Source: a virus
Virus record (IMG/VR): IMGVR_UViG_3300050120_000230
Span: 150,325-214,324 of that record
Length of the DNA: 64,000 nucleotides
Reading direction: 5' to 3' (one strand)
In this document: positions 25,327-35,488 of the stretch, piece by piece
Numbering within the stretch: position 1 is the first letter of the stretch
Layout of the letters: every line of letters starts with the position of its first letter
Program-made: the position numbers and the translations under genes
The notes under the pieces: model-generated
Seen by the model: only the letters and a program-made list of their open reading frames with translations
What the model was told of the DNA's origin: nothing
Database searches by the model: none

Positions 25327-25778
25327 GAATTGTCTCCTTCAGCGTTGCCGGTAATCAGGTCGGTGAAGAGCATGACCAGCGGGACGATATTCTGGTTGGA
25401 ACAGCCGACCACGAATTGATGGTCCGCATATTCTTTCCCCTTTCTGTCAGTATAAACTTTGGGGACGAAAGCCGCAATCAGGATGTCGTTCCCGAGTTTA
25501 ATCTCGACCCAGCGAGCAAACCGGATGACGGCGAATCCGTTGCCCTTGAGACGCACCGGGCAGGAACCTCGCTCCCATTGAATACCGCAAGAGGCGCCAC
25601 TACCCTGCAAGTTGGTAGATGAAGTGAGGTGCAACAGAAGTCGTGTCCAACTTCCGGCTCGCTGCGTCAACGCATCTACGGACGTAAAGAGACTTGTCTC
25701 TGCATCATCGAGCACGAACACTTCTGGTAGAAATTGCAAAGCCTCAACCACGCGAGGCGGCTTCTTGAAATCCAGCAT
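25287..25778 (-). CDS. hypothetical protein
   Basis: 163-aa ORF in minus-strand gene block. Confidence 0.4.
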   Translation of the reverse strand: MLDFKKPPRVVEALQFLPEVFVLDDAETSLFTSVDALTQRAGSWTRLLLHLTSSTNLQGSGASCGIQWERGSCPVRLKGNGFAVIRFARWVEIKLGNDILIAAFVPKVYTDRKGKEYADHQFVVGCSNQNIVPLVMLFTDLITGNAEGDNSWEMASQSSTNMD

Positions 25779-26042
25779 TTGAAATCTTCAAAATATATTG
25801 GACAACCTCCGGCGAAATAGTCGGAGGCGTAGATCAACGCGACTTGGTGTAGGTTCCGTCTCCGTGGCGCTCTACGAAACAGAGCCAGCGAACTTTGCCG
25901 TTCCGACAACGGCGAGGCATCCACGCAAATACGTGAAAGCCATAGCATTCAATCGGGCTGCGGATTTCATCATCACACCACGGCGTGCCGATCTTCACTC
26001 CGACCGAGTTGTGCTCATCGATGTCGAGCCAGATGAGGTCAC

Positions 26043-26459
26043 TCATATGGCTGTCTTCGCCAGCATTCGCAGAACGGCCGCGACGTGATCGGAAGACGCA
26101 CGACACTTGAACTCGCTCATTCCACCGAGCTTACTCGGATGACTGGCGAGCACCAACGTCTCTCCCTCGTTTCGAGTGAGCGAAAGGATCAACAATTTCC
26201 CGTGGGATCGAGATTGCTCGTTGCCGAATGTGAACACCGTGTGTCGCACGTCGGCGTGCGTGCCGCTGATGTCCCAGCCCATCCAATTGAGTCGGTCATC
26301 CTCGTCGGGAGTGTCCCGCATATGGATGACCAAATTGTCCATGAAGCCGTCCCAGAGGCGCGGGCCTTTTACGGAGACACGCTCATCGGTCAGGTCGATG
26401 GGAAGGCGTTCGACCGCCTCCATCGTCGTGTCCAGTTCGTCGAGCGTGAAAACTTTCAT
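26043..26459 (-). CDS. hypothetical protein
   Basis: 138-aa ORF. Confidence 0.45.
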   Translation of the reverse strand: MKVFTLDELDTTMEAVERLPIDLTDERVSVKGPRLWDGFMDNLVIHMRDTPDEDDRLNWMGWDISGTHADVRHTVFTFGNEQSRSHGKLLILSLTRNEGETLVLASHPSKLGGMSEFKCRASSDHVAAVLRMLAKTAI

Positions 26460-26497
26460 ATGGCCAGACTACACATCTCGAACTGGTTCACCAAATA

Positions 26498-26725
26498 TTA
26501 TGACCAGAACAGCTTGAAAAAGAGAGCGTCCTTTTCGAGCGCAAACATCACATCGGGTGGGGCGTCTTTGTTAGGACGAAAATACACCGGACCCATGAGA
26601 TTATCTCGACACCATGCAAGCAGTTCCGGTTTGAGGACAAACGCGTGCCCGCTGAAATATTCCACGCCTTGCTCTGGCACCACCACCGCCAGAGGATATT
26701 CGATATCGTTTTCCTTAAGAAACAT
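26498..26725 (-). CDS. paralog-family protein (...LLAWCRDNLMGPVYF...EKDALFFKLFWS)
   Basis: 75-aa ORF ending in the family module. Confidence 0.55.
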   Translation of the reverse strand: MFLKENDIEYPLAVVVPEQGVEYFSGHAFVLKPELLAWCRDNLMGPVYFRPNKDAPPDVMFALEKDALFFKLFWS

Positions 26726-27248
26726 GGCGGGCGAGGATGGGAGGACCGACGCGAGTGATGACCAACATAGTCACCAGAAGCCCGGCGGACATTAACAGGC
26801 ACGCAAGAGCAAGATGAGGGTGCCCGGCGCGAACCATCAGAATGTAGTAGACACCGGCCATGAAGACATGCGCGTAGCGTGTGCGATAGCGAAGCAGCAC
26901 TGATCGGACAGATCGATAGGCTTCGGCTTTCTTGGTCCCTTGCAATCGTCTGATGGCGAACGGGACCACGCCGAAAGCACAGATAATGTAGCCAAGACCG
27001 ATGACCGCGACGACGAGATGAAACCAACATTGGATCGTCACCGGCCATGCGATCCATTTCAGATGCCAGCGTGTTTCATTGGCGCCGCCGAGCAGCAAGA
27101 CCATCACGCCAATGCAGCCCCAGAAAAGATTCTGGACATGGGTCGCGCGATCTTTCTGCCGGGCTTCATCGAAACGTTCCCGCTGCATGTCTTCCGGCAT
27201 AATTTGCTTGAGGATGCCAGCGAGATGAATGATCGATGCCCGCCTCAT
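26715..27248 (-). CDS. integral membrane protein (about 4 TM helices)
   Basis: hydrophobic stretches VMVLLLGGANETRWHLKWIAWPVTIQCWFHLVVAVIGLGYIICAFGVVPFAI. Confidence 0.5.
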   Translation of the reverse strand: MRRASIIHLAGILKQIMPEDMQRERFDEARQKDRATHVQNLFWGCIGVMVLLLGGANETRWHLKWIAWPVTIQCWFHLVVAVIGLGYIICAFGVVPFAIRRLQGTKKAEAYRSVRSVLLRYRTRYAHVFMAGVYYILMVRAGHPHLALACLLMSAGLLVTMLVITRVGPPILARHVS

Positions 27249-27709
27249 GCCGGGACCAGTGCTTCAACGAGTTCACCGATGTGTCGAGCTTCATACGACG
27301 CGCACCGACACCGCGCCGCTCGCTCGCGGTCGTCCTGTTGCTCATACAATTCGACGCGAGCGCGTTGGGCGTGCATCCGTTCCTTCGCGAGATCGACGAT
27401 GATTGTCTTCAATTCGGCCGCCGTTTTGGCGCTGATCTTGGAGATCAATTCGACGATGGCGTCCGCCTCCAACGCGGCGCTCCATTCGGTCTCATAGGAG
27501 AACGTGCGGCCCTTGGCGAGGTATCGCAGGGCCTCAACCTCGCTCACGCGTTTTCGCTCGTTGGCGATGCCTAGGGCGGCCTCTTTGAGCCGTCGCATGT
27601 TCAAGGGTCGGCTGGTCGCCATCCGCGTGTTAGGGCCTCTGGTTATGCTGCCGCGTGGTGTATTGCTCGACCAGTTCGGCGACCATCGCATACAGAATGG
27701 GGTCACCAT
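27245..27709 (-). CDS. hypothetical protein
   Basis: 154-aa ORF, helical charged composition. Confidence 0.45.
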   Translation of the reverse strand: MVTPFCMRWSPNWSSNTPRGSITRGPNTRMATSRPLNMRRLKEAALGIANERKRVSEVEALRYLAKGRTFSYETEWSAALEADAIVELISKISAKTAAELKTIIVDLAKERMHAQRARVELYEQQDDRERAARCRCASYEARHIGELVEALVPA

Positions 27710-28316
27710 CCTTCAGCGCGGGCAGCAGATCGGCCTTCTCGCTCATCCACTTCCGAGCGAAGCCCGGATCATGTTCAATGATCGAGGGCGCGTTGGACAG
27801 GATGTCGGCCAGCTTGTCCGTTTTCACGTCGGCGTCTTGTTCGGCGGTGTGGACCAGATCGAGCGCCTTGCGTTCGGCACGATTGCCATCCCACGGCATA
27901 CTCACGTCGGTCAGACCAGACGTGATCCGTCGAACTTCCAGACCGAACCTGTGCCCATCCACCAAGCCGCCGAATTCTTCGATCAGGTCCAACGTGATAC
28001 CCTCGACCAGAATCAGTTTGGCTCCACTCTTCAGGAATTTCGCGGTATCTTTGACCCGAGTGCCGTGTTCGTCGGTGAAGTAGCGAGTATCTTCAACCAA
28101 ATCGTGGAACATCATCGCCACTTGCTGGGCGACAGTGATCTTCGACCCGCGTGGCAGCCATTGCAGGATCGCGACGCACTCAGCCGGGTGAACGATGTAG
28201 GGCTCGCCAGAATATTTCCGCATCTGACCCACCGCAGCGTGACCCGCCATAGCGAAGAAGTAAGCCTTCTCCACACGGTGGTCGCTCAGACTAGGGGTTT
28301 GGTTCCATTGGGTCAT
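27630..28316 (-). CDS. HD-domain phosphohydrolase
   Basis: HD motif region ...YIVHPAECVAIL...MMFHDLVEDT... Confidence 0.55.
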   Translation of the reverse strand: MTQWNQTPSLSDHRVEKAYFFAMAGHAAVGQMRKYSGEPYIVHPAECVAILQWLPRGSKITVAQQVAMMFHDLVEDTRYFTDEHGTRVKDTAKFLKSGAKLILVEGITLDLIEEFGGLVDGHRFGLEVRRITSGLTDVSMPWDGNRAERKALDLVHTAEQDADVKTDKLADILSNAPSIIEHDPGFARKWMSEKADLLPALKDGDPILYAMVAELVEQYTTRQHNQRP

Positions 28317-28346
28317 GTCCCAAATCTACCCTAAAAACGAGTTTGG

Positions 28347-28634
28347 TCAACGAAAATGGTCCCACTTCATGCGGAATAGCATCTCGGCGCCGGGGTTCGG
28401 AAATTCCAACTCGACCTTTGTCGGCCGCGTCATCCAGCCGCCTTTGTTTCCCCAGCCGTTATGCGACCGTGCTTTCTTTTCATGATAGCTAATTTTGGTG
28501 CCAGCGATATTGTTCTGCATCCATTTTGCGAACTCGGGTTCGAAATACGGATGGTTGATGCACTGCCATGTAGAAGGTGCTTGGAAAAATCTCTCATCGT
28601 AGAAATCGGAAAGGAAAAGCGTCAATGGTGCCAT
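28347..28634 (-). CDS. paralog-family protein (...FAKWMQNNIAGTKISY...GAEMLFRMKWDHFR)
   Basis: family module near C-terminus. Confidence 0.5.
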   Translation of the reverse strand: MAPLTLFLSDFYDERFFQAPSTWQCINHPYFEPEFAKWMQNNIAGTKISYHEKKARSHNGWGNKGGWMTRPTKVELEFPNPGAEMLFRMKWDHFR

Positions 28635-29190
28635 AGGAAATGATCCACGATGGCGAACACTACGACGACAACGAGCAAGATCGTCGAAAGGATACTTGGG
28701 GCTCCATCTTCTCCGCGAGGGCCGCGCTCACCCTGCTCGCCACGAGGGCCTGTCGCCCCGGTTGCACCCGGCGGTCCCGATATCATTTGACTCTCCGATT
28801 CGCGAAGTCACTGAACTCTTTCAAGCGACGTTCGACGGGTTCGGGATCACCGTTGGAGACCCTTATTAGGTCTTGATAGATCGATGGCGACGCCACGGCG
28901 TCAAATTCTTCGAACCACCTACGCCGCTTCGCAGCCCACCAGTATGGGTTTTCGCTTCGAGTATAGCCGTAGCGTGCAGCCTCCCCACCGTCGCGCGGCG
29001 TCAGCGTGATGATGCTGGGCATTCGGGGATTTCTTTGATCGTATCGAGATCAGGATAGGGCTTCATCACATGCGGATACATGTAATTGATCTGCTCGTGG
29101 ATTGGCAGAGCAATGAGCTTGTCCCAGAGCCGTTCAGCTTTTTGCCCACCTTTGTTCAACGTTTTGATGCGGCGCTGAACGAGAGATTTC

Positions 29191-29517
29191 TTAGACATAG
29201 AGCACCACGATCCGGCCGACGCTGGCGAACTGGTTGTAGTTCAATTCATGTTTCTCGCAAACGACTTCTCGCACACGTTTGCGTTTGGCCATGCCCTTCA
29301 ACACCAGCCGGGCCATAGCGAGACGATCTTCATCCCGCTCTGGCACCATGGCGTAGACAGCGGCCTTCCGAGGGATCACCCGAACGCGCCCGGCGTATGG
29401 GTTTTCTTCGCCATCCTTGTAGTAGTCAGGCACGTCCATGCGTGTGTGCTCGGCGTAGAGGGTCTCCACGCTCTCGACGGTCACGCCTTCCAGACCTGTT
29501 TGAATGATCGCGGTCAT
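29191..29517 (-). CDS. hypothetical protein
   Basis: 108-aa ORF in coupled minus-strand block. Confidence 0.4.
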   Translation of the reverse strand: MTAIIQTGLEGVTVESVETLYAEHTRMDVPDYYKDGEENPYAGRVRVIPRKAAVYAMVPERDEDRLAMARLVLKGMAKRKRVREVVCEKHELNYNQFASVGRIVVLYV

Positions 29518-29870
29518 TTGCCAGCCAATAGGTCCATGAACCCTATGAAACTGGCAGCATCAGCCTTGGCCTCTGCTTCGGTTCTCAACGGGGGATAGGG
29601 AACCTCACCGTCAATCACCTTGAAGTCCGTGCCTTCGCGAACTCCCGTCTTCAGGGTGCGGAAGTTCCACGCACCGGTCGCCTTGCCCAGTGAGAGGGAG
29701 GTATCGTCATCGGGATACGGTTCTTGACGCACAAGGCATTGGTCGCCCTTGCGAATCTTCATGAGACTCCCACGCCGCCATTCAACCTCAACGTCGATCA
29801 GCGAGATGACGCGAAGGTTTTGCTGAAGGTGAACAACGATGCCGTTGCTCATCGTCGTCGATGTCCACAT
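29514..29870 (-). CDS. hypothetical protein
   Basis: 118-aa ORF. Confidence 0.4.
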   Translation of the reverse strand: MWTSTTMSNGIVVHLQQNLRVISLIDVEVEWRRGSLMKIRKGDQCLVRQEPYPDDDTSLSLGKATGAWNFRTLKTGVREGTDFKVIDGEVPYPPLRTEAEAKADAASFIGFMDLLAGK

Positions 29871-29878
29871 GTCGTCCT

Positions 29879-30250
29879 CTACGAACAGTTCGAGATGATG
29901 TGCAGTTTCACCGGCGATGTTATCTGAAACCGTTCGAGCAGGATAGAGGACACTTCGGCGATTTCTTGAGTCAACCGCTCAACATCGAAGGCTTCGAAGA
30001 ACGTTGAACCGTCTGACCACTTGCCTTTGTCGCACGCGATTACCCGGCCGATATAGCGATAGTGGGCGCTGTCCATGTCAGTGAACGTCACCAGATCGCC
30101 GGGCTTTGGCTCGTAGATCACCAGATCGCCGTAGCGGTCGGACCAGTCGTCATAGGCGTGTTGGCCATTTTGCCCATCGGTCGGAAGTTTGCCCCACTGC
30201 GGACCAACGTCGGTTCCGATTAGAACATAGGTGTCAACGTTCGTGCCCAT
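29879..30250 (-). CDS. hypothetical protein
   Basis: 123-aa ORF. Confidence 0.4.
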   Translation of the reverse strand: MGTNVDTYVLIGTDVGPQWGKLPTDGQNGQHAYDDWSDRYGDLVIYEPKPGDLVTFTDMDSAHYRYIGRVIACDKGKWSDGSTFFEAFDVERLTQEIAEVSSILLERFQITSPVKLHIISNCS

Positions 30251-30253
30251 GTT

Positions 30254-30763
30254 CTAGCTCACGTAGTTGATGAGATGCAGACCGAAATTGGTGTCTGCGA
30301 TGCTGGGCGGGGGTTCGATTCCTTGCGCGACGAGATAAGCGAAAGCCGCTTTCTCCCATGTCGCGATTTCGGACTTCAGGTCCGTGGTCGGGATTGGATA
30401 AGAAGCGAAGCACTGGCGACCGTATCCGCCCGCCTCGCCGCCGTAACCGATGAAGATGCCATTGTTGCGGTGGGCATCGCCACGATTCCAGTCATAGTAG
30501 ACGGTCTCTGCGATGAACAACTTCTTGTTCGGGTTGGTTTTTTGGAAAGCTTCCACGAAACAATCGCGGGTGCCTTGCTCTTCGACGATTATTTCCACCT
30601 TCTTGCCACAGGCTGGACAGAAGGTGTTGTCCACCCGCTCGGGATGATCGCAGCTTGGCGTAGAGGTTGACGGCCACTTAATGTCGTTCGTCCAGAGTAG
30701 GACACCGATACCGCCATAGGCGCGTGTTGTGATGCTCATTTTGCATCCCATTCTTTTTTGCAC
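30254..30763 (-). CDS. hypothetical protein
   Basis: 169-aa ORF with Cys pairs (CDHP...CPACG). Confidence 0.4.
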   Translation of the reverse strand: MQKRMGCKMSITTRAYGGIGVLLWTNDIKWPSTSTPSCDHPERVDNTFCPACGKKVEIIVEEQGTRDCFVEAFQKTNPNKKLFIAETVYYDWNRGDAHRNNGIFIGYGGEAGGYGRQCFASYPIPTTDLKSEIATWEKAAFAYLVAQGIEPPPSIADTNFGLHLINYVS

Positions 30764-31089
30764 TCAGGGCACTCGCCCACGTCGAAGCGGGTTACGCCGT
30801 GAAAGCATCGCCAGAATTGACCGCTCGTGACCATGGTCCTGAACGGTGGTTCGTAGAAATTGCGTGGCCGCCCTTCGAACTCGATCTCGCGCATCACGAT
30901 GGTGCTGCATCGATTGACTTCGGCCGCCAGTTTGTGCGGTGTTGCCATGAAGACGGGCATGTCGCCCTCGTCGTCCCAACCACAAAAATAATGACCGGTT
31001 TTGCCACCCATCGTGCAGTTGCAGCGTTCGAGATCATCGCCCTCTGGCATGATCCCCGTCGCGGAGAGGAACATCGTCGCGGTAATCAC
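30736..31089 (-). CDS. hypothetical Cys-rich protein
   Basis: 117-aa ORF with CNC...C and GECPECKKEW motifs. Confidence 0.4.
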   Translation of the reverse strand: MITATMFLSATGIMPEGDDLERCNCTMGGKTGHYFCGWDDEGDMPVFMATPHKLAAEVNRCSTIVMREIEFEGRPRNFYEPPFRTMVTSGQFWRCFHGVTRFDVGECPECKKEWDAK

Positions 31090-31550
31090 AGGGCTTCCAG
31101 CGCAGCCTTGGCTTCGGAGATAGCGAGGTGCATGTCTTCGATATCTTGGAAAGACATCTGAGCGGCGCCATTGAGAGCTACGTGCACGTTGATCCCGGCG
31201 GTCGAGTCCCGAGCGGCGTAACGGTCGATCTCGTCTTGCGTCATCGGATATCGAAAATCTGCGGGAGTTTTTCCTCCGTAGGTTTTCGATATGGCGAGGT
31301 AGTGCTTGTAGTTGTAGCCTTTGCCCAAATTGACGATGATCGTCATCTGAGCGCCCGCTGTGCTCTTTCGAATCTCGACTTGCGGAAACCCGAGTTTCAC
31401 GCCGGTGAGTTTCGCCTTCCAGCGTTCCTCGTCATTCTTCGACATATTGGGAACGAAGCCACCCACGGGTCCACCATCAAACCCGTGAGCGTCTTTCCAT
31501 TCCTGAGTGGACTGCACCTTCTGCGGCTTGTCCCACATCAGGATGCCCAT
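31086..31550 (-). CDS. hypothetical protein
   Basis: 154-aa ORF. Confidence 0.45.
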   Translation of the reverse strand: MGILMWDKPQKVQSTQEWKDAHGFDGGPVGGFVPNMSKNDEERWKAKLTGVKLGFPQVEIRKSTAGAQMTIIVNLGKGYNYKHYLAISKTYGGKTPADFRYPMTQDEIDRYAARDSTAGINVHVALNGAAQMSFQDIEDMHLAISEAKAALEAL

Positions 31551-32395
31551 CAGTGTTTCCCCGTCGCGATGACGGCGGCAACCGGTTGTTCGGAATCCAC
31601 CACCGTGACGTTGGCCGTGCCGTTCTCGGCCGCCTTGGCGACCGCTTGGGCGCGCATGACCTTGGTGTAGTCGGTGACCGACCGATCCGAAGGAGCCTTC
31701 GTGCGAGCCGCATCCGCCTGCGCTTGCAGGGATGCGGTGACCAACTTCTCATTGGCATCCGCGATCTTTTCGGTGGGATACATGCCGCGCAATTGGACGA
31801 GACCGTAGCGAACGATTTTGTCCGACTGATCGCCAAAACCCTGAGCCTGATAGTAGGCAATGGTCTTCGCTTGAATGCGGTTCGTGATGGCTTTTTCGAC
31901 CGCGTCACGATCTCGGATCGAACCGTCCTTGAAGCCAAACCCAGCCATAGCGTCACGCACGGCAGAACGGACGATGGTGATCTCGCGGTCGGTGTAAGGT
32001 CCCGGCAGCCGAGACTTCACGTTCGTCAAATTACGCGGGTCGATGGCCCAACTGACGCTCACCGGCACTTCGATGCTGACGCCGTCGTTGGTGACAGACG
32101 TGATCGAAGTGTAGTCGGGATCGGCATTGGCGCCATCGGTCATGAAGTTCAGATCGCTGAACTCCATGGTGACTTTGTCGGCATGAGACAGCGGGACCAC
32201 GTAGTGGAGGCCGGGACCAATAATGTTCGGCTGAACGACACCGAATCGAGTGGTGAACGCCACCTCATGGCTCTTCACCGTCACCCACTGACCGGGGCCA
32301 ATCAGAGTAAGGAACGAAACGATGGCGATGATCCAGATTGCGATCACGCCAGCCTTACGCATCGCCTTGTAGGAGATGACAAATTCTTGGTCCAC
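31550..32395 (-). CDS. SPFH / band-7 (HflK/HflC/stomatin-like) membrane protein
   Basis: N-terminal TM helix followed by VKSHEVAFTTRFGVV...PGLHYVVP... SPFH-type core and Ala/Gln-rich coiled-coil tail. Confidence 0.65.
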   Translation of the reverse strand: MDQEFVISYKAMRKAGVIAIWIIAIVSFLTLIGPGQWVTVKSHEVAFTTRFGVVQPNIIGPGLHYVVPLSHADKVTMEFSDLNFMTDGANADPDYTSITSVTNDGVSIEVPVSVSWAIDPRNLTNVKSRLPGPYTDREITIVRSAVRDAMAGFGFKDGSIRDRDAVEKAITNRIQAKTIAYYQAQGFGDQSDKIVRYGLVQLRGMYPTEKIADANEKLVTASLQAQADAARTKAPSDRSVTDYTKVMRAQAVAKAAENGTANVTVVDSEQPVAAVIATGKH

Positions 32396-32445
32396 GGGTA
32401 GCCCCCAAAAGAGTGCCCTCGCCGAAGCGAGGGCTGACCGGTGCC

Positions 32446-33162
32446 TTACTTACGGACGCCGACGAATTGCAGCAGGAATTGGAACAGGTTGATGAAATCG
32501 AGGTAGAGGTTGAACGCTGACAGGTTGGCTCGAACGACCATATCGCCGCCATTCGCGTAATCGCTCTTCAGGCGTTGCGTATCGTAGGCGATGAAGCCTG
32601 AGAAAATCAGCACGCCGATGGCCGAGACGATGAAGTGCATACCGGGGATGAAGATCGAAGCGATCATCGCGACGATCAGCCCGAAGAGAGCCGCGAACAG
32701 GAATCCACCAATGGGTCCAAGATCGCGCTTCGTTGTGTAGCCCCACAGGCTCAACGCACCGAACATCGCCGACGTTATGACGAACGTCGAAGCCAGCGAC
32801 ATACCGGTGTAGATTTGGAACAACACGCCGCTGCTGATGCCGAACATCACGGAAGACGCGTAGAACAGGAAGGCGCTTCCCCCGCGTGTGGCCGTGTTCT
32901 TCAGCAGCCATCCCATGACGAGGATCAGCACGATGGGGCCGAAGCAGACGGCCATCCCGAGGATCGTGTAATCGATCTTGCCGTTAGGCAGCGTGTGGAA
33001 AAAGGCGTTGCCGAATGCGGTGTTGCCGGTCAACCACGCAAGGGCGGCCGTAATCAGCAATCCCACCGCAAGGCGATTGTAGACGCTGATGAGAAAGGCG
33101 CGAAGCCCGATGTCGTAGTCGGCGTCAGTGCGAACGCCGGAAACAGTTTGATCCAAGTCCAT
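32446..33162 (-). CDS. Bax-inhibitor-1 / YccA-family 7-TM protein
   Basis: seven hydrophobic helices; overall architecture and ...FIAYDTQRLK... region typical of BI-1/YccA. Confidence 0.65.
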   Translation of the reverse strand: MDLDQTVSGVRTDADYDIGLRAFLISVYNRLAVGLLITAALAWLTGNTAFGNAFFHTLPNGKIDYTILGMAVCFGPIVLILVMGWLLKNTATRGGSAFLFYASSVMFGISSGVLFQIYTGMSLASTFVITSAMFGALSLWGYTTKRDLGPIGGFLFAALFGLIVAMIASIFIPGMHFIVSAIGVLIFSGFIAYDTQRLKSDYANGGDMVVRANLSAFNLYLDFINLFQFLLQFVGVRK

Positions 33163-33171
33163 AGATTCCTC

Positions 33172-33456
33172 CTAGTTCCACCAGCCGAACCACAAACCCC
33201 AACCATCAATCGAGCCAAGCGGCGCGAGGAAGGCGAGGACGAACAGACGAATCCATTCGTGGTGCTGGAAGCAGTATACTAAGTGGTGAACATAGCCCAC
33301 GAGTGCGAGAATCCAAATAACAATCCACGCGATGCCCATTCCGGCAATGATACGCATCATGGTTTTTTCCTCAGCGGATTTTTTGAGTTCAGGAGACTGA
33401 ACGGGTTCAGCATGTTGCGTTCGCTCACCAGCTTTCCCTTTCCAGCAAAATTTCAA
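33172..33456 (-). CDS. small membrane protein
   Basis: 94-aa ORF with two TM helices and C-terminal WGLWFGWWN. Confidence 0.4.
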   Translation of the reverse strand: MKFCWKGKAGERTQHAEPVQSPELKKSAEEKTMMRIIAGMGIAWIVIWILALVGYVHHLVYCFQHHEWIRLFVLAFLAPLGSIDGWGLWFGWWN

Positions 33457-33877
33457 GTTTGGTCGCCGCGCCTCTCAACCGCACGAGCGTCGTCCGTCCT
33501 TCGATGCGTTCGCGCACCTCTTGGAGGATCGCTTCTAGTTCGGCCGCAAGATCGTCGCGGTGCAGGACTTTGTCGTCGGCTTCAGTCATCGGCTCCGTAT
33601 TTCCCGAACTCGGAGGCGGTCACGGTAAACGGTTCGCAGGCGGCCTCGATTTCCGCGATGAATGCCTCGGCGTGCTTCGAATCGACCATCATGATCCGAT
33701 GGAGCATGGTGCCCGAGCATTTCGGGAAATCGATCATCAGTGGGCCGGATTGAACCGAGCGCGTGGCAATCCCATCGTTGATGGCTTTCATCTCGATGTC
33801 GAAAATCGCTTCTCGTGCTGCGGATGGAAAAGCGAAATCCAGATAGCGATAGTCCCAGTTCTCGCGGAAGCGAATGC

Positions 33878-34099
33878 TCACAGACGGCCCTCGCGACGAT
33901 CAATGCTGCGTTGTTCTTCGACGGTCACGCAAACGAACTCCCGCTTGCTTGCATAGCCACACGAGCGAGACATGCAGAACCACACGTCCTTTTGTTTCTC
34001 GACATCAATCGAGCCGCATTCCGGGCAGGAATACCGGGCGGTCAGCTTACCATCGGTATAGACCTTGCCGTAGATGAGTGTGACTTCGGGCGCTTCCAT
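33878..34099 (-). CDS. zinc-ribbon protein
   Basis: CPECG...C...SRSCGYAS Cys4 arrangement. Confidence 0.4.
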   Translation of the reverse strand: MEAPEVTLIYGKVYTDGKLTARYSCPECGSIDVEKQKDVWFCMSRSCGYASKREFVCVTVEEQRSIDRREGRL

Positions 34100-34425
34100 C
34101 AGCAGTCACCGAGGTTGTCATCGGCGGTGAGCCACCCCTGCCGCCACCAACCCCGTTCGCCATCGCGATGATAGGGGTTGCGATCAAGGGCCACCGTCCC
34201 GGTCACTCGGGCTGCGAAGCCCTCGTCGCGGATACGTTGGACGATGCCGGGCTCGTTGCGAATGATGTTGGCGACGTAGCCGAGCAGCGGATCATGCGGC
34301 ATCGGTTCGGCGCCACGTTCCACCAGTTGGGCACTCATGCGACCTTCGGGATCGCCGCCCTCATTGCGCTTCATGACACGAAGACCTTCACGCGCCGTAG
34401 CGATGTCGTTTTCGACCCAACTCAT
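34099..34425 (-). CDS. hypothetical protein
   Basis: 108-aa ORF. Confidence 0.4.
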   Translation of the reverse strand: MSWVENDIATAREGLRVMKRNEGGDPEGRMSAQLVERGAEPMPHDPLLGYVANIIRNEPGIVQRIRDEGFAARVTGTVALDRNPYHRDGERGWWRQGWLTADDNLGDC

Positions 34426-34838
34426 GCCGCCACCTTCGGGATGACCTTGGAGACGTAGACCAAGTGGTCAACGAAGAACGCTTTCTCGACGGCGCCGCCG
34501 GGGACGCGGTTGAGAATGTCCCGGCCTTCGGCTTCGGTCGTTGCGGCTTTCACCAGCGGCCAGAAATGGGCGGCGATCTCGGCCGCTGCGATGGTCTCTT
34601 CCTCACGGGCAGCGACATAGCGCGCCACGATCTTGGCTTCGGTATCCTTGGGCGGCGTGGCGGCGCGAAGCGTCGCAGTGGCCCTCACCAGATCATTGAT
34701 CTCGGACTCTCCGGCCAGCCCGGCGCGGATCATCGCGACGACGTGTTCGAGGTTCGTGACCGCGTTTTCCATGGATGAAGTCATGTTGGTCCCTCCCTCA
34801 AGTGGCGGCCAGATTCGCAGGTTTTTGCGTTTCGTCAA
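34422..34838 (-). CDS. hypothetical protein
   Basis: start preceded by GAGGGAGGG RBS and TTGACG-N17 promoter-like element on minus strand. Confidence 0.5.
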   Translation of the reverse strand: MTKRKNLRIWPPLEGGTNMTSSMENAVTNLEHVVAMIRAGLAGESEINDLVRATATLRAATPPKDTEAKIVARYVAAREEETIAAAEIAAHFWPLVKAATTEAEGRDILNRVPGGAVEKAFFVDHLVYVSKVIPKVAA

Positions 34839-34907
34839 CGAAATTCTAAGCGCGGGACGGCAGAGCCGCCCACACGATCCCCGTGATGGTGAGAACGATT
34901 ATCAACA

Positions 34908-35486
34908 TCAATAGCCCTCCAACATGCCCGAGAACTTCAGGGCTTGGCCCATGGCGGAAACGCCGTAGACATCTTCGTATTCGCGAATGCGCGCGTCGAG
35001 ATCGTCTTCCTCGGCGGCCCACTTGGAGATGTCGGGGTCAAACCGGTCGCCGTCCACTTCATCTTCCTCGTCGTCGAGGAAGTCTTCCAGCGGCGGCACG
35101 TTGTCCATGAACGCCTTCATCGTGGCGTAGGAATATTCGCGCGGGCGGACGTTGTAGCGATCCTTGTAGAGATCGCTGTAGCTGTCGGCCATCCACGGAT
35201 CGACCAGATGGCCGGGGGCCTCGGCGCCGTAGGCGGCCAGTAGGGCGGGTTGAAGAACGGTCTTGTATTCGGCGGTGCGAGCAGTTTGCTCAGCATCCGA
35301 GCACCGAAAAAAGCCTTCGGTCAGTTCGGAGATGCGGTCCACAACGATGGAAAGTTCGTTCATCTTGCCCATGAAAGTATCTCCTGTGCCGTTGGCGTTT
35401 CGCCATTGATTAGAGTTTCGCACGGATATGAATCTGGTCAACCAAAATAAATTGACTTGGAGACCTCTCCTAACGCCTTCTGACAC
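34908..35486 (-). CDS. hypothetical acidic protein
   Basis: 192-aa ORF. Confidence 0.45.
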   Translation of the reverse strand: MSEGVRRGLQVNLFWLTRFISVRNSNQWRNANGTGDTFMGKMNELSIVVDRISELTEGFFRCSDAEQTARTAEYKTVLQPALLAAYGAEAPGHLVDPWMADSYSDLYKDRYNVRPREYSYATMKAFMDNVPPLEDFLDDEEDEVDGDRFDPDISKWAAEEDDLDARIREYEDVYGVSAMGQALKFSGMLEGY

Positions 35487-35488
35487 TC

